DNA of 45,924 bases from Basidioascus undulatus. Lineage: Eukaryota. Where the stretch lies: assembly GCA_000826855.1 (NCBI GenBank), contig JTLS01000021.1, forward strand, positions 1 to 45,924. The letters are read 5' to 3'. Shown piece after piece: positions 12,208-23,171 of the stretch; position 1 is the stretch's first letter; every line of letters starts with the position of its first letter. Position numbers and translations under genes: made by a program. The notes under the pieces were generated by a model that was not told the DNA's origin, did no database searches, and worked only from the letters and a program-made list of their open reading frames with translations.

Positions 12208-12735
12208 TGCAGGATTGGGGTTTTGTTTATGTCTTCCTTTTGTTCTTCTTGTGTTGTTTTCTGCATACGAAACCGGATATAGAGATCCGCAGACATACCT
12301 CATGACCGTATGGTGGACTGCCGAGTGCCTTAAAGACGACGACGACGATACGAGTCGTTTGAGATTCTGGACATGTGGGGATGCCGCCTGTATCATTTAG
12401 ATGACTTGCATGTACTTCTGCAAGCATCCATATCTCATCTTGCGACAGTGCCAACCGCGAGTCTGTTTGTCCACTGGCATTGCAGGCACAGCAGCGGCGG
12501 TGTTCGACGTGCGAGATGTGGCACTCGCAAGTTGAAGGGGTTTAAGCATGGCTTGAACATTGAGTGTAGACTTATGCAGCTGCTTCCACAGACCGGCGCA
12601 ACCGCGAGCCGCGAGCTGCGATGAGCGAGCGAATTCACCTATCGCAAATAGCGTCCGTAGGGTCAATTTGAATCGGACGCCGGTCCGACGTACGGAGAAT
12701 GTGAACCGCAAAATAGCTGTGGACGTCCTTCCATC

Positions 12736-14226
12736 TCAGAACTCGTACAGCTCCGGCTTATCGCTCCTAAACGCGACCCTCTTCCTCCCCTCCTTCGCAC
12801 CCGGCGTCTCCGTCCGCCCCTCTCCCTCCCGCTCCTCGCTCCTCTCCTCCTGCCCAACCTCCAACCTTCTTCCCTTGCCCTTCCCCTGTCCGTCATCTTT
12901 CGGCCTCGTACGCCTCTCTCCGACCCCGCCCTCCACATCCAAATGCAGCGTCTCCACCACGAGCCGTCTCCTCTTGAGCCTAAACGCGAGGTTGTTCTCC
13001 CCAGCGCCGGCGGTGAGCCCGCGCAGGGCGCTGTGTCGCAGCGCGGGGGCCGCAAGGGTGTGCGATGCGGGCGAACGGAGGATGGCGAGCGTCCCGTGTG
13101 CGGAGGACGGGAGGGATGAGGCGAGATGCGGGGAGGCGGAGAAGGAGGTGAGGGAGAGGACGGAGGCGAGGGGGTAGAGGAAGGGCGTGGGGCGAGAGGG
13201 GATGGGGACGAGGGAGGGCGGGAGGAGAGGAGTGGGGAGCGTGCTGAGTGCGGTGGAGGAAGTGGAAGAGAGGATGGCGCGCAGGGAATGCAGGAAGCGG
13301 AAGAGGGTCTGGCGGGGCGAGAGCGAACAGTGTTTATCAGCTGGATGTGCTTTGACATGCAAGGAGAAGAACGCACGGTCGAGTCATATTCGCCCCACTC
13401 GAAAGAACACAAGTTCCGCAAGGCAACGCGCAAGGGCGGGGCGTCCGGACTTCTGTCCCCACGCGACCATCAGCAGCCATCCACCCTGCAGCCATCGCGA
13501 GCGCTGGACGCACCTCTTGATAGCCTGCACAGCATCCCTGATTGCACCCAAAACGCGCTCCCACTGGCCCTGCTCGTCCTCCTCTGGCTCATCGAGCTCA
13601 ACAACGCCCAGCAGTCCCTTCCGCTCAGCGCGCTCCAGCACGGACGGCGGGACGCGCTGCGTGAGGTCGAAGGTGGAGAGATAGCAGGATGATACGGAGC
13701 TGTTTGGGAAACAGTCATAAGCGGGTTGCTTGGAAGATTTAGGAAAAGGGAACGGGAAGGTGTCCGGTACTCACGAAGCCCTAACGCTCGTCTCGAACTT
13801 CTTCATTCCCTCATACCTCCACGCTATCCTCTCCCCGCCTCTCGCCTCTCCCTTCGCCTCCTCCTCGTTCCCCGCCACCTCCCCCTCATCCTCATCATCC
13901 TCCCCAGCCGCAGCCGCAGCACCGCCAGGGAGCCACATGCAGTCCCCGACCCACTCCCTAGCGCGCCTCCCCACAACGAGCACGCCCTGCCCGGACGCCA
14001 GGCCCTGCGCGACGTAGTACCGCAGCACGACGTCCGCATAGGCTGTGTGCGGGTCCGAGGAGAGCACGAGGTTCGACGAGCCGAGCGGAAGCCCGCCGCC
14101 GAGCACGTCGTCCAGTGCTGCGCTGCCCGTGGAGAGGTGCAAGTGCGGCGTGCCGGGGGGGACGATGGTTCCCTGAGGCAGGGCGCAGGCGGGGGTGGTG
14201 GGGACTCGTCGTTTGAAGGAGGACAT
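12736..14226 (-). CDS. ELP4: Elongator complex subunit 4 (PAXNEB family), spliced
   Basis: MSSFKRR...STGSAALDDVLGGGLPLGS...LRYYVAQGL, IAWRYEGMKKF, FDLT, ENNLAFRLKRRRLVVETLHLDVEGG, ending ELYEF*. Confidence 0.92.
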
Positions 14227-14608
14227 TGGGTGGAGTAGGTGGGAGGGCCGGAGGTAGTGGGAGAAGGTCAAGCGGGAAGCGAGGTCGGAATTCGGATGCA
14301 GCTGCCTTCTCGATTTGGTGCGAGCAGCGCCAAACAACGCTGCTACTGTGACGCGTCTCTTTGAGGTGAGTAATTCAAGCGGACATATCCCAATTGACTA
14401 TTCTTAAAAGTTCAAATGTGCGCAAACACCGGCTGAGCGCGACCGTTACAGCCGTCCCTGGTCAGAGCGATGCCTAAAGACAGCACCGACGCTCGCATGC
14501 TCGACCATGCGCAGAATGAGCTGGCAACATACTCATGAATCTAGTCCCAATGAAGCAATCGTCCCCTGTCGCAGCGTCCCGCCGCGTCCCTTCGTCTCCT
14601 CCAACCCC

Positions 14609-15528
14609 TCAAAAGCCCATCTTCGACCTCCTCGCCCTGCCCGCAACCCCTACCATAACCGCCAGCACCCCTCCCGCGAACCCGATTGTGCGCTCCCAGG
14701 GCGCACTGTGGAGCCGTACCCAGTCGGCCCACTCGCCCGCGAGTGCGACGGTGACGAGCGTGAGCGCGAGGACGGCGTACCCGCTGATGCGGTGATACTT
14801 CCACAGGGACTTGGGGAGCGTCGGCTTGGAGCGCGAGGGCGTGATGAAGGTCAGGCCGAAGAGGAGCTGCAGCGTGGGAGCGAGGAAGGTGAGGAGGCCG
14901 AAGCTGTGAGGGGGGGAAAGTTGAGTGAGAAGGGGGGGATCGAGGGGCGGAATTAGGAGGTTGACACACGTCCCGTGCCAGGTGGTGAAGTGCGCTGCAC
15001 CGCGGATGTGCTTGTTGTACCACATGAATGCCATACCGGCAAGCAGAACTGGCGCAGCGGCGTAGAAGATCACCCACTTATGGCGGGTCAGTCCTGCAGA
15101 TTTGGAGGGCGGTGTGCTGGTTGGTTGGAGGGTGAGGATGCCTGGGGGCGAACCACAGCGCACAAGGTAAGTGACAATATCGAAGGAAGCCCGTTCTGAG
15201 CGAAAAAGCTTGAAAGAAATACCGAGCACGATGAGCAGCAGCCCAAGGGACTGCAGCGTCGGGTGCGCAGCGAAGGGACCCAGAGCGAATGGGTTCGAGG
15301 TGAGGACGAGCTTCCACGCGGTGAGAGCGATGAGGGCGGCCCCTCCCTGCGATCCATACATCCCCATATTCAGCATACTTTCCCTCTCAAATTCCAACCA
15401 AAGACGTACCGCGCCGACCCGCCAAAACGCGCGGTCCCGCGGCGTCTCCTCCACAACCGGCATCACTGCAGCCGCGGCTTGCTGCTGCTGCTGGGGAGGA
15501 GGGGTACGGTCGACTCGGTATCAGGCAT
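14609..15528 (-). CDS. Cytochrome b561 domain membrane protein (start ambiguous: 15528 with a 1-nt frameshift, or 15463)
   Basis: FAAHPTLQSLG, ILTLQPT...RHK, YNKHIRGAAHFTTWHG, LWKYHRISGY: the four heme-ligand His pattern plus hydrophobic helices. Three short introns. Confidence 0.85.
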
Positions 15529-16059
15529 ATTGGTGTGTTGATAGTGGGTGGGGGGGAAAGAAGGGAGGATAATCAAACCCACATGGATGGTGCGCGGTTT
15601 TCGAAAGCGGCGATGAGAGAGACAGCTCGACGGGTGCGGGCACCGCGCGATCGACGCGCGGGATGACGAACTCGGCAAGAAATCGGCAGGGGTAGACAAT
15701 CTTATCAGATCTCATTGGCTAGGCAGAAAGGTACCCTTTTGAGTAGAATGCTGGTGAAATCGTGGACAACCTTGGGCAGGCAGCTCACACTTTATTTCAC
15801 TCACAGACAGAAGATATCGGAGGGGGGGAACTAAAAACAATAGTAGTACGTACTCTAGACTGGGTACGTATGCGACCGACGTGGCGGAAGTGGCGGTGAA
15901 CTAGGGTTGCTCGGCTTGCTTCATCCAACCACCATCTGACTCCTCCTTCCTAGCTTCGTCGACCCGCCTCAACAACAACATCTTGCTAAAACGGTGAGTG
16001 CACAGCGTCAAGTTTAACCCCCACACAAACGACTCCGTCGAGCACGACCGCGTCGGCGT

Positions 16060-17175
16060 TGCTCTGAGCTCCCGATCTAACCGAGGGCCGCACAGCTCCT
16101 CTCGTCTCCCCGGCCCCATCTGCGAAGATTTGTGGGTGCCTTCTTCCATTTACCCTGCCCTTGGGCTCTGTCTCGTATCGAAGCGGTTCTACGTGCGTAC
16201 ACCCCTGACGCACCTTCAGAAACGGTTTCTCATCGTTCAAGCTCAGTCCATTTGTACCCCGCCCTTGTATCGCTTTGCCAGCACTCACGACTGGGACAGC
16301 CTAAATCCGGGCTGCCACACCCGGGAGCTTGACGCCTGGTCAAGCACATCGAACCCCGGACAGCCGATCTTTGTTGATCGCGTCGTATTCGCTCGCGTCC
16401 CATCTCGTCCAACTCGACAGCTTCGACCTGTTGACTCGATGCACGAGCACGCTCTCGCTCACCTCGTCTCGACTGCGCTCGCATCCTCTCTTGTCACCTC
16501 AGTGTCTCTTTTTTATGCTCGCCGAACGCCGCGGTGCCTCACATATCTCGATTCGTGGCATTGACGGACCTCGAGCTGGTGTTTGCGTGTCCATGGGGAA
16601 CCGCGGACGAGGGATTGTGGTCCACTCACCCTTGCTGCGCTTAGTAATCTCGAGATAGCGGACGACAGCGACGCCAATGTCACAGAATCGATCCTCCAAG
16701 TTCTTGCCCGCTCGAGCCTGCCTATCCTCAAGCGCCTCTCTCTTTTGTCGTTCTCTGGAGGGACTTCTTCGAGCTCTTCACGGCGTCGGACACTCGTTGA
16801 CTGATCTCTCACTGGCATCCACCCATGGCGACGAGCTTGTCCCGCCGTTAGCCGAGCCTTGCCCAGCTCTCCGCCTCTTCCGACCACCCAGTATCGCGCG
16901 CTAGGACATCGCTGCCCTTGCTCATCCAACAATCGAAACGTTCGAGCTGTCGCATCTCCCATACATGGAGGAAGACCAAGCCGCTTTCATTTCCAACATC
17001 GAGCGCGTCGACCTTTCCACTCTGCTTGCCTCAAGTTTATTTCTGCGGGAAGGCTCGGTTCTCAAGTTACGGCGGCGTGCCCGGTTTTGTTTACCGACTC
17101 GTTACTACATGCTGGCGCGAGGGTCTCGTCTTTAGCGACAGCGAAGGGACGGCAGTGATCAAGGAGGACATCTAA
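16060..17175 (+). pseudogene. Degenerate F-box-like/LRR-type basidiomycete protein gene (5' boundary uncertain)
   Basis: LGLCLVSKRFY then an intron (gtgcgt), then CTPPLYR, as in the LxxVSKxF...PxLY F-box-like motif. Downstream LPILKRLSL and a terminal LVTTCWREGLVFSDSEG...*. Pieces lie in different frames. Confidence 0.45.
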
Positions 17176-17248
17176 GTTCAGGTGTCACGGGCGGTGCTCC
17201 CTGCATGGAGCGCCGAGAGTGCGCTGACATGCATTGTTGGCCGCGCTC

Positions 17249-17264
17249 TGTGTGTGTGTGTGTG
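17249..17264. repeat. (TG)8 microsatellite (mirror (CA)8 at 28661-28676)
   Basis: tgtgtgtgtgtgtgtg read directly. Confidence 0.8.
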
Positions 17265-17580
17265 CATCGCAGATACTTTCCTGGCGCAAGAAGCGAGTGC
17301 ATTTCCAGTCGTGCGCCAGGTCGCCAGCCTCGGGTGTACTGCGGGCGCGGCGTGGACTTCGGGTCACAGTAGAACTGCGTGTTCCCCGTACAGCCCGCGA
17401 GCCGCGCCGTGCGACCTATACTTCCGCGTTCCTTTTCTTCTTCCAAGGTTATCTCAACGATTTCTCCACTGAGCAGAATTGCACCGAGTCTTGGTGGCAT
17501 TTCTGCACTGATCATTTATTTCGTATCGAGAGTGGTGAGGAGCTACGGTGGCAGTATAGCAAGATGGGCGGTCGAATGGA

Positions 17581-18293
17581 TCAAGGAAGGGCGAGCGAGA
17601 CGTAGCTTTTAACGAGAAGGGCAAAGCGTCAGACTTAAAACTCAACACGAATACAGCCCGCATTGAGTTGAGACGCACCCAGCAATCATGGCGAGCCCTC
17701 CGAGAGGCGTGATCGGTCCGAGGAAGCGGAACCTGCGTTGGCATGGAATTGTCAGTGTGACTCCGCACAACCTGGCGTTCATCGGGGCGCTGCAACTTTT
17801 CCCGGTTTAAGACAAGCGCGAAGATCGAGCCGGAGAAGACTACCGAGCCAGCAAGGATCGCCGGCCCCGAGAAGCGCGAGGTGCTGAAGCGCGGGTGGCC
17901 CGAGATGACGAGGAGCGCGATGCCATTGAAGATCTGTAGAGATGCACAAACGGTGGTCAGGGTGCAATCTGGAAGGTTAAACACAATAGAATCGCTGCCT
18001 ACCGCGTAGTGGGCGGCCGTCCCCCACGACTCGATCTGGTGCGGGGTGACGCCCGCGCGCGCGCGGAGGCCGTGCGCCCCGAACGCGCCGGTCGTGATGC
18101 CCGCAGCAGCTGTTGCACGAGAAGGGGTGCGTGAGATTCATTATGCTGAACGAGCATGGCGGAGGGGCGTAGACGGACTCAGCAGCGCGCCCGAGCGCCA
18201 GAGGAAGCTCGGGGTGACGGCAAACGCGGACTATGCATTCGAGCCTGTGAGCGATCGATATATTGATTGATTAAAAGGCGGTATTCAGACCAT
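17581..18293 (-). CDS. DUF423/TMEM256-family small membrane protein, spliced
   Basis: Spliced product M/SAFAVTPSFLWRSGALL/TAAGITTGAFGAHGLRAR...WGTAAHYA/IFNGIALL...GSVVFSGSIFALVL.../FLGPITPLGGLAMIAG/YVSLALP*. GAFGAHGL, FSGS and GPITPLGG are DUF423 hallmarks. Confidence 0.92.
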
Positions 18294-19069
18294 GGTTAAT
18301 GAGCTGAGTGTAGATGGAGACGTGAGCGATATGAGAGGTCGACGAGGCGAGATGGTGGACGTGCGAGGGGGAGAGGTGATCGCGTCGCAAGACCGTAGGC
18401 CGGCGGTCGCGGGCAGCTGGGCTGCTGGCCTTGGCTGGCATGCCTCGAAATGTCTGGCGATGCTCGCCTGCCACTGGGCCCTAAAAAGATTAAGATCCAT
18501 GGACTTTTGCCAACTGGGATGTCGTGATTGACTAGACAGTCGGACGTGAGAGGGACAGGAAGAGGCTCTGAGTCCAGCCTTAGCAGTGCAGCGGCGGCAC
18601 AGACAAACCGACATATTGTCTCAAACATCGCTTCATACGAAGCTCAAAGAGCTCACGGATCAGTACCGACTATCCGTTCATTGGGGCTTCGAGGACTCCT
18701 TCGAAGAGCAGCTGCACTCTCCCTGCTCGGGGCTCGCCAGCATCCCGCCACTGCATTTCTGTTGTATGACCTTACCCTATGAAAAGGTGAGATTCGTCTC
18801 CGTCCATACTTCGGTGTCACTATAGAGTCGCTACAGCTGTTGCTTCCAAAAGATTCACAGTGTCTCCTCGTGGCAGGGCGCTATCGGACTGCGCAAGGCA
18901 CACCTGATAATAGTAGTTTCGAGAGTTACAAGCCCATCTCTCCTTGATTGATGATATTTCTACCGGGTTTCCTGCACGAACAGAAGTCACAAGCCGCACA
19001 TTGCCCCCGCTTCCTGGCTCCCCCCGGAGAGTTAGACACTGATTTCTCTCATGAGGAATCCGCAATACA

Positions 19070-19925
19070 CTAAGAGCCAATGTGTCCACGAGAAGAGGAG
19101 CTAATCAGTCGCAGGCCCATCTCGACGCCATCTTCATCGACGAGCGTAACATCCAACTTGCCCAGGACTGCTGCCAGCCGCAGAGCGTGGAGCAAAGCCA
19201 TCTTCCCGTGTGTTCCAATGTCATGAAGCCCAGGATAACCTTCGTCCGTTTTCTAGGGGAAGGAATAGGTCACTGCTTTCACTGACCGCAGTGCCGGAAC
19301 GTTGTCCTTCGTGAGCGCGGAGCAGAATGCAAACAAACATTCGAAGTCCTCGCTATTAGTGCAATCTAGATCATAGGCGTCGGAGAGCTCGTATTGTTTG
19401 TAGGCGCTGGCTGAGCTCGGCGCCGCGGAGTGTGCTTAGAATAGCAGGGGCATATGTTAGCAGCTCGGGGCATGTGAGAGCAAGGTACGTGACATCGAGC
19501 GTTGGGTTGTCGCCGATGAGGCTCAGGCGCTCCAGATGTGAGCCGAAGCGTTCGAGCATTTGGTGCAGGGCAGGGCCAGGGATTTGGCAAAGAATCAAGT
19601 CGAGATCTACTAGTCGAGGCACCGTTGAGAGGCACAGCGAGTCGAGAAACCCGATTTCCCAGCGAGCACTTGCTGCGTACGCCCTGGAGATGGAACCCGA
19701 TTGGGTATGACGGACCTACAAAACTTTGAGGTGAGGTAGTCCGAACTGCAGGCCGGTGTGAACTGAACGTCGTCCTCCAATTCGTCCTCTTCTACCACTT
19801 CGAGTGTGAGAGTATCCAATGACGACAGCCTAGAGAGGCATCGAAAGAGGACTTTTGAGATCGGCGTAAGTGAAAATCGACATGTCTCGAAGCTGCGAGG
19901 TAGAGGGGCTCAGAACGAGTCCCTG
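19070..19925 (-). pseudogene. 5'-truncated F-box/LRR-like paralog B
   Basis: LFRCLSRLSSLDTLTLEVVEEDELEDDVQ, PRLVDL, CPELLTYAPAILSTL, FCSALTKDNVPALR and VLGKLDVTL align with paralog A. Frameshifts and stops present. Confidence 0.7.
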
Positions 19926-20312
19926 GGCAACTCTTGTGTATGGCAACTTTTGGCACAATATATTGCCTTATATAATCCTGATATAACTTGATAGCTGCTA
20001 CAGGTGTTGCTTTTGCAAGACGTCCCGTTGCTTGCCGTGTTCGCTCATTTTCAGGTCAGTCACGCAGAACCACTGCCATGCTACGGCCATGTTGAGAACT
20101 CACAATGCTTGACGAGAACTATTTTTTTTTTAGATCAAATAAGTTTTTCGGCTCGGTCTTACCTCCCTGAGCAGATATCCCAAAGGCATGCTGCCCGGCA
20201 TTGCCGCCCGCGTCCTCTCCGTTTCGAAGAGCTGGACGCCCTCATGCCACCCGCGATCATTCGGCAGTGCCAAAAGATGAAACGTATGTATGGTTCAAAA
20301 GATTTTCTCTTG

Positions 20313-21616
20313 TCAGGAATTCAGCTGCAGGGGCATCTCGACACCCTGTCTATCCTCGAGCGTAACGCCCAACTTGCCCAGGACCCCCGCCAGTCGAAAG
20401 GCTTAAATAAGAGCCACCTTCTCACGCTTCCCCAAGTCATCAGTGGCAGGATAGTCTTCTGCAGCCTTCCAGGCGAACGAATAAGTCGCCATCTTTACCT
20501 ATCGAAGCGCCGGAAGGTTGTCCTTTGTGAGCGCGCAGCAGAACTCGAACAGGCCTTCGAAGTTGCACCTTTCAACATCCTGCAAGCCATAGACCTCGAA
20601 GAGTTCGACTTTGGATAGAACCGGATGGCTTAGCCCGGCACCAGAGAGCGCGCTCAGGACAGGAGGCGCATACGTTTGCAGCTGGGGGCATATCCGAGCA
20701 AGCCGGGTGAAAGCGGGCCAGTGGTCGTCGCCTCTGAGGCAAAAGCCCTCTAGGCCCGGGCCGACGTCCACGAGCATTTCGTGCAGGGCTTCGTCGGGGA
20801 TGGGAAATAAAACAGCTCGAGGTCAGCAAGGCGGGGGATGGCAGAGCGGCCGAGTGCTTCAACAAGGGTGGTCTCCCACCGAGCGGTTACGGTGTATGTC
20901 GTGGAAAGAGATGCGAACTGCATGTGCCAGATGGTCAAGGACTTGAGCCGAGGCAGATCGAGACAGCACTCCCGTGCGGACTGAACGTCGTCCTCCATCT
21001 CGTCCTCATCGACTAATTGGAGAACAAGGCTTTGCAGCGAAGAGAGCCTAGAGAGGCGCCGAAAGAGGAGTTCGAGGGCCACGTGAGTGTAGATCGAAAA
21101 GTATCGGAGACGCAAGGGCGAAGATCTCAGCGTGAGCCCCTGGATGAACGTGACACCAAGCATCGTGGAAGACACATGAGCTGCGACGGAGCGGAGGCCC
21201 TCGACGTAGTTCAAAGGCGCGAGCAAGAGCGTCTCCTGGGCGGCGGAGAGCTGTCTTCGTTGTCCTCGCCGTGGGTCGCAACAAAAGTCAGCTTAGTCGA
21301 GCGCGTTGGCTTTCCGAAATGGCGGTGACGCCGCATGAGGTCCTGCTTGAAGCCGACAGCGGGAGCCGACTGGAGTCGAATGCGCGGGTACGGCAGGGTT
21401 TCGACAATGCTCTGGAACAAGGAAAACATTCAACGCGGGCTACCCGTCCGGCATGTTAGAAGCTTCTCACCTTCCAGCGGCCGCAGACGCGCATCAGTTC
21501 GGTCCGGCGGTCCTTCTGCCAGCGGGTGCCGAACGTCCACCCGAATGTCTACCCATAGTAGTCCAGAAGAACAGAGCCGAAAGTGTTGGCCAGGATTCAT
21601 CAGGGAGGCGTTCCAT
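20313..21616 (-). pseudogene. F-box/LRR-like paralog A, disrupted
   Basis: MERLPDE-(I)LANTF...YG*...LMRVCGRWK/SIVETLPYPRIRL is an F-box-like N-terminus with a 1-nt deletion and a TAG. Then LFRRLSRLSSLQSLVL, LPRLKSL, CPQLQTYAP, KDNLPALR*. Confidence 0.75.
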
Positions 21617-22753
21617 GAGCAATGAGGTGCATGATAAAGGCTGAGATCGGAGGTATGACCGGGTTGAAGGCGGTTCTGAAAACGGTGAACGACGGTGAAC
21701 GTATTGATTAGCAAGCCACGAGACCGGAGAACATTGAATTGAAACGTCTCGCAAGTCGGACGTCGCAATCACGAGCTGAGTGAGAGTTGAACAGCTAATT
21801 CGCCCAACGTAGGCTTGGTTTTTTCATTTTTATTTTTGGGAATCAGCCCTATCGGCTCGCCCCAATGCCCAATTAGAAGACTGTGACGGACTCTGTTAGC
21901 CTGTCCAGCCGTCTGAGAAGTTGTGCCACAGTGCACCGCTCGCGCCCTCATCTTTTCTGCCTACTTCTAATGAGCTTCTGTTCAGAATATTTAAACGATA
22001 TAGATATCAAGGCTGCAAAGAAGTCCTTGTACTACAGGTGTGAATGCCCATCCTCAGTGACTACAGCGACACTGTGCACGCTGGACCATCGCTAGCGTTC
22101 GCGTTCTACACATTCAAGTGGGTAGGCGCGCCGATAGAAAGTGATAGAGTCCAAATTTGCCTTGCAGATCTTGCATGCTTGTTTTTTGAACATGCTCAAG
22201 ATGCAGAACGCGAAAGGAGATTCGCATTCTTCGCAGACTGACGGTGATGAACCAGCCGATTTCAGCGCAGCTACTCTCGTAGGACCAGTACATACCCATC
22301 CTGATTGAATCTATGCCGGAGGAACAGGCAGACGAAATCGTCCGCCCGCGTACCAAGACATCCAGGGCAACGCCCAAAGAGTTGTCGGATTCGTCGCCAC
22401 CCAGTGGACAGAGATGTTAATTTGGAATATCACTGAACGGCTTCGTTCAACCAAGACCGCCGGATCATGACGACCAACAGCCCTGGAATACCTACGGCCG
22501 AAGCAGACCAGGTCAGGCAGAGAGATGCACGAGTCCGATGAGATGATGGGATAAATGCGACAGACAAACAAGCATCAAAGAAAAAGCAAGTAGAAAGAAA
22601 AGAAAAAGTGAAAGAAGAACGAGAAGACGAGAAGAAAGTGGTGTACACTTCACGTAAAATTACAGCACAAATCCAGAGAAACGCGGTCGAATGAAGGAGT
22701 GGAATGGCATGTGTGAAGCCGAAGTCGCCCAAAGGTAACAGAAGGCTGTCCGC

Positions 22754-22972
22754 CTATTCGCCCTTGGGCTTCTTCTCCTTCTTCTCCTTCTTGGGCGTGT
22801 CCTCTGCGCCGGACGCAGCAGCCTTAGCCTCCTTCCGTGCCTTCTTAGCTGCCTTCCGCGCCGCGCGCTCCTCGGGCGTCTCCTCCGCGCCACCGTCCTC
22901 AGCCCCGTCAGCGGCCTCAGAACGGCGCCGCTTCTTCTTCTCCTTCTTGTTCTCCTCCGCCGCGGCCGCGGA
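22754..22972 (-). CDS. Lys/Glu-rich C-terminal tail of a nucleolar snoRNP protein (NOP58-like); 5' part missing, left-arm copy
   Basis: AAAAEENKKEKKKRRRSE...ETPEERAARKAAKKARKEAK...PKKEKKEKKPKGE*. Strong codon bias and a T-rich 3'UTR. The KKE/D tail is typical of Nop58/Nop56/Cbf5; the exact family is inferred. Confidence 0.55.
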   Translation of the reverse strand, partial: SAAAAEENKKEKKKRRRSEAADGAEDGGAEETPEERAARKAAKKARKEAKAAASGAEDTPKKEKKEKKPKGE

Positions 22973-23171
22973 GGACAAGAAGGAGAAGAAGAAGCGGCGC
23001 CGTTCTGAGGCCGCTGACGGGGCTGAGGACGGTGGCGCGGAGGAGACGCCCGAGGAGCGCGCGGCGCGGAAGGCAGCTAAGAAGGCACGGAAGGAGGCTA
23101 AGGCTGCTGCGTCCGGCGCAGAGGACACGCCCAAGAAGGAGAAGAAGGAGAAGAAGCCCAAGGGCGAATAG
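22953..23171 (+). CDS. Lys/Glu-rich C-terminal tail of a NOP58-like protein; 5' part missing, right-arm copy
   Basis: SSAAAAEDKKEKKKRRRSE...KKPKGE* (TAG ends 23171), followed by a T-rich 3'UTR at 23280-23350. Confidence 0.55.
   Translation, partial: SSAAAAEDKKEKKKRRRSEAADGAEDGGAEETPEERAARKAAKKARKEAKAAASGAEDTPKKEKKEKKPKGE

Noticed and set aside
12560..14956. Long plus-strand ORFs opposite ELP4 and cytochrome b561, and their mirrors
   Set aside because: Antisense or shadow ORFs of GC-rich coding sequence with no recognisable domains.
22962..22969. NotI site GCGGCCGC at the centre suggesting head-to-head ligation of a cloned fragment
   Set aside because: The global symmetry axis (22962.5) is not the NotI axis (22965.5), other uncut NotI sites exist near 21477 and 24441, and I saw no vector sequence.
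22951..22974. Natural hairpin telomere of a linear plasmid or virus, or a residual SMRTbell adapter
   Set aside because: The spacer is GC-rich, in-frame coding sequence of a nuclear gene. There are no replication or resolvase genes, and it does not read as the adapter sequence.
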